From: a virus | IMG/VR virus record: IMGVR_UViG_3300045256_000173 | Reading direction: 5' to 3' (one strand) | Length of the DNA: 64,000 bases | In this document: positions 9,379 through 18,251 of the stretch, piece after piece | How positions within the stretch are numbered: the stretch's first letter is position 1 | Layout of the letters: every line of letters begins with the position of its first letter | Translations under genes and position numbers: made by a program | The notes under the pieces: model-generated | Databases searched by the model: none | What the model was told of the DNA's origin: nothing | The model's input: only the letters and a program-made list of their open reading frames with translations

Positions 9379-10760
9379 CTGATCCTCACCCCCGCCGTGG
9401 TGCTGCCGGCCCGAGCCGCTTTCGTCGTCGACGTCGCCCGCACGCTGCTGGTGGTGGTGCCGGCGCGGACCCGGCGGGTGTCCACCGGCCGGGCCGGCGG
9501 CACCACCGTCGTCGCCCACGCGGTGTCCACCTCGAGCGCCGGCTCCCCGAGGTACGCCCACTCGCCGACGCCGCCCGGGACGCCGTCCGCCTCGCTGCCG
9601 ACACCTGCCCCGACGGTCTTCACACCCGCGCCCGCGCCGGCGGTGTCCAACTCTGCGGCGGGAGCGCCCGGGCGGAACTTTCCCCCGACGCCGCCAGCCG
9701 CCGTACTCGTCTCGCCCGCCGCTCCGATGCCCGTCTTCCCGCCGGCACCCGCCGCTGCGGTGGCCGTCTCAACCGCCACCACCGCGGTGCAGGTCTTCAC
9801 CCCGCCGCCGACCACCACGGCGGACGACTCCACCACCGGTAGGGCGACGCCGGTCTTCGTCCCGCCGCCGGCCGGCACGGTCGACAGATCCCCGACCACG
9901 CCGGCGGTGCGGCTCTTGACGCCTGCACCCGCGACCGCGGACTCCACCGCAGCGGCCAGCGACCCGGAACCGGTCTTCCCCCCGAAGCCACCTACGGACG
10001 TGCTGGTCTCACCGGCGCCGACCGGCTCCGACTCCTTGATACCGCCGCCGGCCGCCGCCTGGTCGACCTCGCCTGCGATGTTACCAGCTGCCGATACCGC
10101 CGCCGGGCCCAGCCAGTCGACGTCGCCGGCGGCCAGGTCGTCCAGCCACGAGTCCGGCAGGTTCGACGCGGCGGCGGCGTTACCCCACGTGATCTCGTCG
10201 ACCGTGGTGGCTGACGAGTAGTTGTCGGTGGCCGACATGCTCGTGAACAGGCTCGTCGAGTCGCCCACGAACACGCGGACCGTGTTCGTCTGCGTCGCGC
10301 CCGGCCTCACGTCCGTCTCGATGCGGTACCAGGTGTTCGCCGCGAGCGTCGTGCCGCCGGACGTCGTCGAGATCCCGTTCGCGCTGTTCCGCAGCTCCAG
10401 TTGCCCGCCCGCGCCCATCCGCACCCGGAGTACCTGCGTACCCGCAGCGCGTACCCGCACCAAGTCCCGGGCCGTGGCCACCGAGGAGAACCGGACGTAC
10501 AGGCGCAGCCACAGCCGCGGCCGGGATCCGAGGGCTGTCGAGTCCCAGAACAGCAGCCCCTGCGCGCTGGTCGCACCGACGGCGTGGCGGATGGACCACC
10601 CGCCGTGCGCCGACTGCGCGTTGTCGTACCGCAGGGTCACACCGGAGCCGATGGAGACGCTGCTCCAGGCGGTCCCGGACGCGCCGCCGGAGTTGCCGAC
10701 GGTGACGTTCGTGCCGGCACCGGCGGTCGCGCCGGACTCGGCCGAGTTGTCGACGCGCAC
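9375..10760 (-). CDS. Putative virion fibre/decoration protein: LamG-like beta-sandwich plus Gly-rich repeats
   Basis: LWLRLYVRF...LAANTWYRIE...WLDDLAAG domain followed by eight G-x-G-x-K repeats. Confidence 0.6.
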   Translation of the reverse strand: MRVDNSAESGATAGAGTNVTVGNSGGASGTAWSSVSIGSGVTLRYDNAQSAHGGWSIRHAVGATSAQGLLFWDSTALGSRPRLWLRLYVRFSSVATARDLVRVRAAGTQVLRVRMGAGGQLELRNSANGISTTSGGTTLAANTWYRIETDVRPGATQTNTVRVFVGDSTSLFTSMSATDNYSSATTVDEITWGNAAAASNLPDSWLDDLAAGDVDWLGPAAVSAAGNIAGEVDQAAAGGGIKESEPVGAGETSTSVGGFGGKTGSGSLAAAVESAVAGAGVKSRTAGVVGDLSTVPAGGGTKTGVALPVVESSAVVVGGGVKTCTAVVAVETATAAAGAGGKTGIGAAGETSTAAGGVGGKFRPGAPAAELDTAGAGAGVKTVGAGVGSEADGVPGGVGEWAYLGEPALEVDTAWATTVVPPARPVDTRRVRAGTTTSSVRATSTTKAARAGSTTAGVRIR

Positions 10761-10802
10761 CGGTCACCCCTCTCGCCGTCGCCTCCCAGAGGGGCGGTCC
10801 GG

Positions 10803-11252
10803 CTATGAGGCGGTGAACCATCCGTTGGCGGCGTGCACGTACGTGAACTGGTTGCCGTCCGGGGTGACCGTGCAGTCGAGGTACACCAGCGGCACCAGCT
10901 CGGCGTCGGTGCCAGATCCTGGGTTGGGGTCGTAGGCGTAGCAGAGTTTCGCCACGGCCCCGCCGCCCATCTGTCCGGACGTCCACGACGGATCCCCGGA
11001 GTCCACCGACCTTGTGTTGCTGGTGTCGTTGACGGCCACCGTCACCCCGGTCAGGGTCTTGCGGCCCATCGTGGTGTTCTCGTCGGCCGGCCCGGCGAGC
11101 AGGTCGGCGACGGTGTCGTAGTCGGCGAGGGTGTCCTCGGCCGGCAGGTTCGCGGCGAGCAGCGGGACCACCACGATCGAGCCAGTGGCGGCCTGGGCCA
11201 GCGCCGCGTAGCTGGCCACGGAACCCTTGGAGATGTTCGCGACGACCGACAT
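10803..11252 (-). CDS. Small structural protein of the head-neck region
   Basis: ATG at 11252 with RBS; ENTTMGRKTLTGVTV...LVPLVYLD...TPDGNQF. Confidence 0.65.
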   Translation of the reverse strand: MSVVANISKGSVASYAALAQAATGSIVVVPLLAANLPAEDTLADYDTVADLLAGPADENTTMGRKTLTGVTVAVNDTSNTRSVDSGDPSWTSGQMGGGAVAKLCYAYDPNPGSGTDAELVPLVYLDCTVTPDGNQFTYVHAANGWFTAS

Positions 11253-11265
11253 GCCAGCCCTCTTC

Positions 11266-11763
11266 CTACTCGGGTTCGATGACGCCCGCGCGCACGCACG
11301 CGGCGATGATGTCGTCCCGGCCGGCACCTTGGGGATACTTGACCTGGGCAACGTTCGCGAACGCCTCCCACGCGTCGCTGCCGGAGCCCTTTCCCCGGCG
11401 AGGCGGCGGCGAGGGGAGCGACGCGTTGCCGTCCTCCCGCTGCGGTGCCCGCTTCGGCGCCGGTTCGTTCACCGAACGGACGCCGCCCGGCGGGGTCGGC
11501 TTGGCCGGCTCATCGACCGGCTTCGCCTCGGCGGGCGGCGGGGGCGGGGCGGGCTCAGCCACAGGGACCGGCCCGCCCTCTCCCTCACCACCGGCAGAGC
11601 AGGGCAACCTGGGGGGAAGCACCAGCTCTTGCTGCACCGGGGCCGGCTCGGGGAGCCGATCCAGGATCTGCCGCAGCACCTCGCCATGCGCCTCCATCTC
11701 ATCGAGGAGCATGGCGAGGAACTGGTCGGTTGCCGTGGCCGCGTGAGGTCGCGCCGCCGTCAC
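11266..11763 (-). CDS. Hypothetical Pro-rich protein with a small C-terminal helical domain
   Basis: GTG at 11763 overlaps the HNH stop (GTGA); C-terminus GKGSGSDAWEAFA...RDDIIAAC. Confidence 0.6.
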   Translation of the reverse strand: MTAARPHAATATDQFLAMLLDEMEAHGEVLRQILDRLPEPAPVQQELVLPPRLPCSAGGEGEGGPVPVAEPAPPPPPAEAKPVDEPAKPTPPGGVRSVNEPAPKRAPQREDGNASLPSPPPRRGKGSGSDAWEAFANVAQVKYPQGAGRDDIIAACVRAGVIEPE

Positions 11764-12386
11764 GGCGACACCAGTGCGAAGTAGTCGGCGATCATCGCCA
11801 TACGCTCCTCGGCATAGAACGGTTGCAGCGGGAACCACACGTCCAGCGGCTTCGTTGACTTGCTGCTGTTACACGAGCCACACGCCGGCACAATGTTCCA
11901 CGGCACATACGGGCCACCGGACTCCACCGGGATGACGTGCTCTTGGTGGAGCTTCTCAGCCGCGCCACAGTAGGCGCACCGATCCTCGAACCACTCCAGG
12001 CAGAGCGACCAGTCCTCGGTGGTGAAGGCGGACTCCAAGCCAGCAGTGCGGGCCCGGCGGCGCTGCTGCAGCAGAGCGAGGCGTGCCCGACCTTCTGGCG
12101 ACAGCCGCCACTTGCGGTTCGCGCGCTGGATGACGGCCTTGCCGCGTTCGGTCTGGTAATAAGCCCGCTTGTATGCAGGCTGTTGGGCGCGAATGATGTC
12201 CACGCGCTGTTCCCGATAGGTCTTCCACTTCTCGCGGTTGGCCTCGTAGTAGGCCTTGTCGCGAGCGGCGTTGCAATCCTTGCAGTCCGGGCGAAATCCG
12301 CCCCGGTCTTTGGTTCCTCGCCGGCGGAAGAACTCCTCGGTCTCCGGCTTGCTGATGCCACACTTCGAGCAGGTACGCTCCTGCAT
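11760..12386 (-). CDS. HNH endonuclease (free-standing homing type)
   Basis: CAYCG...HQEHVIPVESGG...NIVPACGSCNSSK; N-terminal CSKCG zinc ribbon; AAGGAG RBS. Confidence 0.92.
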   Translation of the reverse strand: MQERTCSKCGISKPETEEFFRRRGTKDRGGFRPDCKDCNAARDKAYYEANREKWKTYREQRVDIIRAQQPAYKRAYYQTERGKAVIQRANRKWRLSPEGRARLALLQQRRRARTAGLESAFTTEDWSLCLEWFEDRCAYCGAAEKLHQEHVIPVESGGPYVPWNIVPACGSCNSSKSTKPLDVWFPLQPFYAEERMAMIADYFALVSP

Positions 12387-12416
12387 GTCGGCGCTCCTTA
12401 CAGCGTCGGCATTTCG

Positions 12417-12446
12417 CCAGGGCAGGTGTTCCCGCACCTGCCCTGG
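12417..12446 (-). promoter_or_regulatory. Hairpin in the HNH leader, downstream of a GATAAT -10-like hexamer
   Basis: Perfect 12-bp stem CCAGGGCAGGTG/CACCTGCCCTGG between the capsid stop and the HNH RBS. Confidence 0.55.
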
Positions 12447-12489
12447 CCCGTCTCTCCGATTATCTCAAAGAGTCCACAGTGGTGGGCGA

Positions 12490-13683
12490 TCAAGCACCCT
12501 GCGACGCTACGCCCGATTTGGGGTCCATGAGCGTTCCGCCGTATACGTGACGAATTTTCCACTCGACACTGTCGGTCTCGAAGTCCCCGTCGGTCGGGTC
12601 GATCGGCCCGCCGCCGACCCGCACCGCGTTCGGGGTCTTCTGGAACAGCTCCGGCGACTCGTGGCCGATCAGGAACCCGATCTCCATCGCCGGCCGGCCC
12701 ACGTCCGGGTTCGCGAACAGGTACCAGGCGGTGCTGCCCCGCGTGGTGTCGACGATCGGCAGCCACGGGTCCACGACCACGGTCATGTCGTTGCGCAGCC
12801 AGTTCTGGGTGCGCATCTGGTCGTTGCCGGTGCCCGCCCCACCACCGGACGCGGCGAGGATCTCGGTGGCGTTCATGATGTTGTTCGCGGTGACCTTCAG
12901 GGCCGGCGGCACGACCAGCACCACCGACTCGATGTAGATCGGCGCGCCGTCGGCGTCGACTTGCTGGCCGAGGAGGGTGTACGCCTGCTGCAGCGACGTC
13001 ACCGACAGGGCGGATCCGCCGCCGGTGAGCAGGTTCTTGTTGCCGCTGCTGAAGAACGTGCTGTTGGGGCCGCTGGAGGTGGCGAACAGGGTCGTCCAGA
13101 ACCGCTCCTCGCTGCGGCGGGCGGCGTTGCCGAGCCGGCGGGGGATGTCCGCGAACGCGTCGAGGTCGTCGTTGATGAGCGTCTCCCACGACAGCGGGAT
13201 CCGCCGGCCCTTCTTCGTGACGGCGTAGTCGTACTTGCCGTCCGTGAGGCTCGCGGCCGGGTACTCCGACTGCTGCTTCACGTCGGCGAGGATCGCCTCA
13301 CCGCCGTCGAGGGTGAACCGCCGCACCGTGCGGAAGTCCCGGACCCGGCCGCGGCGGGCGACCCGGTCCCACACGACGGGCTGGGACTGGTAGTTCGCGA
13401 GGATCTGCCGGTCGAGGATGTCACCGAACAGCAGCTGGAAGTCGGAGGTCGTCATGGCCTCCTGGAAGTCCAGCGCCGCCCGACGCGACCCGTTGATGAC
13501 GGACGCGTACAGGTTCGCGGCCTTTATGAGTCGCCGCTGGTAGACGGCGTTCTCGGCGGCGCGCTGCCGGCGGGCCGCCGCCGACAGGCTGCGACCCTCC
13601 CCGGCGTAGATGGTGTCGGTGGACGCTTCCCGCGCGGACCAGGAACCCAGGTCGGGGAGAACGTCGAGAGCATTGGTGGTCAC
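12490..13683 (-). CDS. Major capsid protein (Mu gpT-like, HK97 fold)
   Basis: 397 aa; TTSDFQLL...KKGRRIPLSWETLINDDL...LVVPPAL...VEWKIRHVYG. Confidence 0.9.
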   Translation of the reverse strand: MTTNALDVLPDLGSWSAREASTDTIYAGEGRSLSAAARRQRAAENAVYQRRLIKAANLYASVINGSRRAALDFQEAMTTSDFQLLFGDILDRQILANYQSQPVVWDRVARRGRVRDFRTVRRFTLDGGEAILADVKQQSEYPAASLTDGKYDYAVTKKGRRIPLSWETLINDDLDAFADIPRRLGNAARRSEERFWTTLFATSSGPNSTFFSSGNKNLLTGGGSALSVTSLQQAYTLLGQQVDADGAPIYIESVVLVVPPALKVTANNIMNATEILAASGGGAGTGNDQMRTQNWLRNDMTVVVDPWLPIVDTTRGSTAWYLFANPDVGRPAMEIGFLIGHESPELFQKTPNAVRVGGGPIDPTDGDFETDSVEWKIRHVYGGTLMDPKSGVASQGA

Positions 13684-13696
13684 GGCGTGTCTCTCC

Positions 13697-14062
13697 TCAG
13701 TAGCCGATCTTCACGGGGATGGTGGCGGTCGCACCCGAGGCGACCGCGGCGAGCGCGTACCCGAAGCGGACGGCGCCGGAGTCGCCGGACGCCTTCGACA
13801 GCTTCGGCGTGTTCGCGGCGACGTAGTAGATGATGTCGCCGACCGCGACGGCGGAGCCGGCGGCGGCGGTGGTGACGCCCTTGACGGCGAGGTTGTACAC
13901 GCCGTTGGTCTTGATCGTGGTGAGGCCGTCGGCCTCCTCCGTGATCAGGGCGACGCCCGGGAGCTGACCGGCGACGACGGGGTCACCGGAGACCGGGACC
14001 GCCGGGTCGGAGCAGACCACCGCGAACTGCTCGCCGTCGTCGAACACCTGGCTCTTGGCCAT
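13697..14062 (-). CDS. Capsid cement/decoration protein (DUF2190)
   Basis: 121 aa; VSGDPVVAGQLPGVAL...GVYNL...VAVGDIIYY...FGYAL; directly upstream of the MCP. Confidence 0.85.
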   Translation of the reverse strand: MAKSQVFDDGEQFAVVCSDPAVPVSGDPVVAGQLPGVALITEEADGLTTIKTNGVYNLAVKGVTTAAAGSAVAVGDIIYYVAANTPKLSKASGDSGAVRFGYALAAVASGATATIPVKIGY

Positions 14063-14068
14063 CTCAGG

Positions 14069-15946
14069 TCACCGCCCCTTCGCCGCGAGCGCGGCCACGT
14101 TCTCGGGCATGCCGATCGCCTTGAAGACGTCGGCCATGCCGCCCTGGAACTGCTCCCGGCTCATCTGCATGGTCGGGTCACCCTCGGCGCCGAGACCGGC
14201 GACCCGGCCGACGCCCTGCGCCTCCAGCAGACTCGCGGCGTGGACCCGCTCGGCGCGGATCGACGCGGTGACTGCCGCCTCGAGCGCGGCCTGGTCGACG
14301 GTGCCGTCGTCGGCGAGCGGCACGTGGTTGAGGATCTGCCCGTGGACGCGCGGCCCGATCAGGCCCCGCATCTCGGCGGGCACGCCGGACTCGTCGGCGG
14401 TGAGCATCCGGTCGACGGTGGTGCGGCCGGCCTCGTTGGCGCGCAGCCGCCGCATCTCGGTGACGGCTTCCTGCGCCTCGGCGCGGGCGCGGCGGGCGTC
14501 GGCCTGGGCCTCGGCGAGCTGCTCGCTCATGGCCTGCTCGCGCTGGCGGAGCCGGTCACGCTCGGCCTCGACGATCGCGAGGCGCGCCTCGGCGGGGGCT
14601 TCGGTGGCGGGGGTGCGGGCCTCGGTGGTGGCCGTCCCCGCCTCGCCCGGCGAGGTTCCGCCGGTCTGGGTACCCGACATCGCGGGCTCCTTCCTGGTGG
14701 GTGGGTTGGGTGCGGCCGGCGGGGTGCCGCCCGTCACGCTCTCGACCGCCGCAGCGGCCAAGCCTGGGGTGGTGCTGGTGGTGGATTCGCCGGCGGCGAC
14801 CGGGTCGTACACGACCCGGGCCACCACCTCGGTGGGGTCGCCAGCGAGGGCGGCCTGCCCGTCGGCGCCGACGGTGTACGCCTGCTGCCAGGTCTTCGAC
14901 CCGTCGCGGTTGTTGACGTCGAACCACAGCACCTTGCGGTCCGGGTCGAAGTCCCGCACCCACGCGTACACGTCGGCGCCGCCGTGGGTCTTCTGCACCG
15001 CCGTCTGCAACGACATGCGCAACTGCTCGACCGGCGCTTCACCGGCCCGCCGCGCTTCGGCGGTGGCCTGCTCGCCGTCATCGGGCTCGTCCCACAGGTC
15101 CCGCCGGTACAGCTGCGGCTGGTCCGCTTCGACCCGCGCCGTGTAGGCCGTGAGCCCGTCACCGATCGCCGCCGACAGGGTGAGCCTCTCCGGCCGGGTC
15201 AGCCGTCCCTGGCCGTACATGTCGTCGGCCAGTTGGGTGAGCGACAGGTGCAGGCGCGACTCCAGCCAGCCGCCGATGCTGCGCGCCTCTTGGGTGTGGG
15301 CGCGCACCGACTCCAGCACCGACGACAGGATTCCGCCGCCGGCGGCCGGCGTGGTCACGAAGTCCACCGACCGGCCCTCGGGGATGCCGGAGACGACGAA
15401 CCCCTGCCGACCGTCGGCTTCGCCGTGCTCGCCGTACACCCACGCCCGGATCGACATGCCGATCGCGTCGCGCATGTCCTCGATCGCGTCGCGCCACAGG
15501 GAGAACAGCCGCACCTCGGCGACGAGCCCGTTCTCCTTGTCGCTCCAGCGGGCGTCCTCGGTGAGGACCGCGGCGAGGTTCTTCACCGAGCCGGCAGGGC
15601 GGGCGGCGTCTTCCTCGTCGGTCGCGTGATCGATGTAGCAGAGGGTGCCCTTGGGCCATGCGGTCGGCCCGTCACGCTTGAGGACGTCGGCCGGGTAGTA
15701 GTTGGAGTTGAGACTCCACCCGGCTTTGATCAGCCGGATGGGCAGCCGACCCGTCCGCGACGCGGGCGCTTCGAGGATGGTGGGCGCTTCGACCGCGGCG
15801 ACCCGCTCCGTCGGCCGGTCGAGGGTCGCCGACGTGGCGGACTCGGCGATCTCCGCGAGGATGTGCCGGCTGCGGTCGGTGTAGCGGACCAGGGCGCGGC
15901 CGATGTCCGCCCGGGTGGGCGGGGGCGCCGTTCGCGGTCTGGACAT
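14069..15946 (-). CDS. Capsid maturation protease fused to scaffold
   Basis: CYIDH...IGMSIRA...SVDFVTTPAAGG protease motifs followed by a coiled-coil C-terminus; ATG at 15946 with GGAGG RBS. Confidence 0.85.
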   Translation of the reverse strand: MSRPRTAPPPTRADIGRALVRYTDRSRHILAEIAESATSATLDRPTERVAAVEAPTILEAPASRTGRLPIRLIKAGWSLNSNYYPADVLKRDGPTAWPKGTLCYIDHATDEEDAARPAGSVKNLAAVLTEDARWSDKENGLVAEVRLFSLWRDAIEDMRDAIGMSIRAWVYGEHGEADGRQGFVVSGIPEGRSVDFVTTPAAGGGILSSVLESVRAHTQEARSIGGWLESRLHLSLTQLADDMYGQGRLTRPERLTLSAAIGDGLTAYTARVEADQPQLYRRDLWDEPDDGEQATAEARRAGEAPVEQLRMSLQTAVQKTHGGADVYAWVRDFDPDRKVLWFDVNNRDGSKTWQQAYTVGADGQAALAGDPTEVVARVVYDPVAAGESTTSTTPGLAAAAVESVTGGTPPAAPNPPTRKEPAMSGTQTGGTSPGEAGTATTEARTPATEAPAEARLAIVEAERDRLRQREQAMSEQLAEAQADARRARAEAQEAVTEMRRLRANEAGRTTVDRMLTADESGVPAEMRGLIGPRVHGQILNHVPLADDGTVDQAALEAAVTASIRAERVHAASLLEAQGVGRVAGLGAEGDPTMQMSREQFQGGMADVFKAIGMPENVAALAAKGR

Positions 15947-16008
15947 GGTCGGGCCTCCCGTTTGCGGGCGTGGTGTGCGGGCACGGCAGCCCGAAGGGTC
16001 GGTGTTGG

Positions 16009-16344
16009 TCAGGCGCGCGGAGGCCAGTCCCACTGGCCGTGCCCGTCGCCGCGGGGTACCGCGTATTCGCGGTAGTCCTTGCCGAGGCCGAACACCAGCA
16101 GGTCCACGGTGTCGTCGTCGGGCAGTTCGGCCACGAAGTCAGCCGGGCGGGCGACCGTTTCGTGCGTGACGGTGGGGTTGCTGGCGCTCACCACGGTGCG
16201 CGGCTCTGCCCCCCACCGCTCGACGACGGCCGGGACGGTGGTGTCGCGGGTGCGGATGACCAACGCCGGGGAAAGGACATCATTGCCCGGCCCGTTATCG
16301 ATCTTCGACTTGTAGATGACGATGCGGCCGATGGTGGGCTTCAC
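16009..16344 (-). CDS. Hypothetical phage protein (PTIGRIVIY...W-WPPRA family)
   Basis: 111 aa with RBS; recognisable small phage protein motif. Confidence 0.7.
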   Translation of the reverse strand: MKPTIGRIVIYKSKIDNGPGNDVLSPALVIRTRDTTVPAVVERWGAEPRTVVSASNPTVTHETVARPADFVAELPDDDTVDLLVFGLGKDYREYAVPRGDGHGQWDWPPRA

Positions 16345-16357
16345 GGATCTCCTTCGA

Positions 16358-17434
16358 TCAAGTGGCGTGGCGGTCGGCGATGCGCTGCAAGTCCCGCAGT
16401 GGGGTCGGCGCGTACGACGGCCGCCAGCCGGGAGTGGTGCGGCGGGTGGCCAGGTCCTGCCACTGGATCCGCCCCGACCTCAGCAAGGCCAGGCGGGCGG
16501 CGCCGAGGATCGCCAGCTGCTGCTCCTCGGGCAGCCCGTCGAACCGGGCCCGCGCGTCGGGGGTGCGGTCGGCCGGCTCGTCGAGGTCGATGCCCAACTC
16601 CGACCACGGCTTCACCTTCGGCAGCCGCGTGCAGCGGCCCTGCTGGTGGTCGAGCGGCCCTTCCTCGTCGAGGGGGTGCACGGTGCCGTGCATCGCCCAG
16701 CAGCTCGAACAGGTTCTGGCGTCGAGGGACGAATGCCAGGTCCAGCCGTCGAGGACGTCGGCGTTCGCGGCGTGCGCGTACCGGCTGGTCGTGCGGTACG
16801 CGTCGAGGAGCTCAGTCCGGGCGATGACAGTCGCCCGGTGCAGGCCGCCGTTGAAGTCGCCCTCGACGCGGGCCAGCATGTCCCGGGCGACGGTGTTCGG
16901 GTTGTCGCCGACCACCACACCCTTGATCAGGGAGCGGCGTACCGCGTCCATCGCCGCCGCCGACAGGGGACGGGTGCGGGCGGTGATCTGTTCCCGGGTG
17001 CGCCGCACGATCACATCGAGCGCCGTCGGGGTGAGCTTCGCCGCGAATCCTGCCGCTGCCGTTGCGGCCATCGTCGCGGGAAGCTGCGACGCGAGCAGCG
17101 CCGGCTCGGCGGCGGCTGTCGCTGCGACGACCGTGGCGGCGGCGCCGCCGGTGGTGAGGTTCGTTTGGGCGGCGAGGTCGTCGAGGGCGGCGGAGGTGGC
17201 CACCACCGCGGCGGCGAGCCGCTCCACCCGCGCCAACTGCCACGGCGGCGGCCACTGCCCGTCGGCGGCGGCTTTCGCGATCAGGTCGGCGACCGCCTGC
17301 TGCCAGGCGGGGGCGAGTTCGTCCCACGCCCGCACCCACGCCTCAGCGAGCTGCCGGGTCGTATCGTCCGCCGCCCCGCCGACGGTGGTGGCGAGTAGGC
17401 GAAGCTGCCGCAGCGTTTCCCGGCTGATCGCCAC
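16358..17434 (-). CDS. Head morphogenesis protein (MuF / SPP1 gp7-like)
   Basis: IARTELLDAY...WTWHSSLDARTCSSCWAMHG...DHQQGRCT. Confidence 0.9.
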   Translation of the reverse strand: MAISRETLRQLRLLATTVGGAADDTTRQLAEAWVRAWDELAPAWQQAVADLIAKAAADGQWPPPWQLARVERLAAAVVATSAALDDLAAQTNLTTGGAAATVVAATAAAEPALLASQLPATMAATAAAGFAAKLTPTALDVIVRRTREQITARTRPLSAAAMDAVRRSLIKGVVVGDNPNTVARDMLARVEGDFNGGLHRATVIARTELLDAYRTTSRYAHAANADVLDGWTWHSSLDARTCSSCWAMHGTVHPLDEEGPLDHQQGRCTRLPKVKPWSELGIDLDEPADRTPDARARFDGLPEEQQLAILGAARLALLRSGRIQWQDLATRRTTPGWRPSYAPTPLRDLQRIADRHAT

Positions 17435-17444
17435 GGCAGCCCCC

Positions 17445-17789
17445 TCAGCCCCGCAGCTCCAGCAGCGCGCTCCGCGGCCCGGGATAGACCTTGTTGGCGT
17501 GGCTCTGCGGCTGGATCTGAAAGTCGATCGGCAGACCGGTCATCTGCTGGCCGAGCGCCGCGAACGCGAGGGTGATCGCAGCCAGCCGCGGGTCGGTCTC
17601 GCTGCTGCGGAAGATGTCGCCGAACCGCTCGGCGAACTCCTCGTCGGGCAGGATCAGGCGGACGTCCACGTCCCGCCAGTCCTTCCGGTCGAGCGACGAA
17701 CCAACCTGGTATGGGACGTGGCCGAAGTAGTCGCGGACGATCACGCCGAACTTCGTCAGCCAGATGCCGGCCGGCATGCCCGTACTCAC
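17445..17789 (-). CDS. Minimal nucleotidyltransferase-like protein (copy 1)
   Basis: VGSS-x7-DVDVRLI and GLPIDFQ: pol-beta superfamily GS/DxD/D pattern in 114 aa. Confidence 0.65.
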   Translation of the reverse strand: MSTGMPAGIWLTKFGVIVRDYFGHVPYQVGSSLDRKDWRDVDVRLILPDEEFAERFGDIFRSSETDPRLAAITLAFAALGQQMTGLPIDFQIQPQSHANKVYPGPRSALLELRG

Positions 17790-17808
17790 GTCGCCCCTCC
17801 CAGCTCGC

Positions 17809-18228
17809 TCAGCGCAGTGCGTCCTGGGCCAGCGTCCCCGCCGCCGCCGACAGCATCCGAAGGTCCCGCAGCACGTCCTCGACGTGACCGCGCACCCGAC
17901 GCGACGTGGCCGCGAGAACCGCCGACCGCGGATCGTCGACCGTCGACTCGAAGTCCGACAGCGGCTCCGTGATCTCCTTCGTGAGCTGCTCGCTCATCTC
18001 GTCGGTCAGGGCGCGCAGCCGGTCGGCGAACGCCAGCGTCTCGTCGACGTTGACGGTCCGGTCGTCGGCCAGCAGCGCGTTGCCGCGCACCTTCTTCGCG
18101 GTCGCCTGCTCCGCGTCGGCGTCCTCGAGGCGGGCGATCAGCTCCGCCTTCGTGCCCGACGTCTGCAGGTCCCGCTTCACGGCCTGCTCGCGCAGCTTGT
18201 CCGCGTTCAGCTCGTCGTACTTGCCCAT
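17809..18228 (-). CDS. SAP-domain protein
   Basis: LNADKLREQAVKRDLQTSGTKAELIARLED is a canonical SAP motif; GGAGG RBS. Confidence 0.8.
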   Translation of the reverse strand: MGKYDELNADKLREQAVKRDLQTSGTKAELIARLEDADAEQATAKKVRGNALLADDRTVNVDETLAFADRLRALTDEMSEQLTKEITEPLSDFESTVDDPRSAVLAATSRRVRGHVEDVLRDLRMLSAAAGTLAQDALR

Positions 18229-18251
18229 GTCTCTACCTCCGGTTCGCCTGG

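Noticed and set aside
12387-12490. Group I intron in the capsid gene carrying the HNH
   Set aside because: The MCP ends with a natural C-terminus and no downstream exon or P-Q-R-S core was recognised
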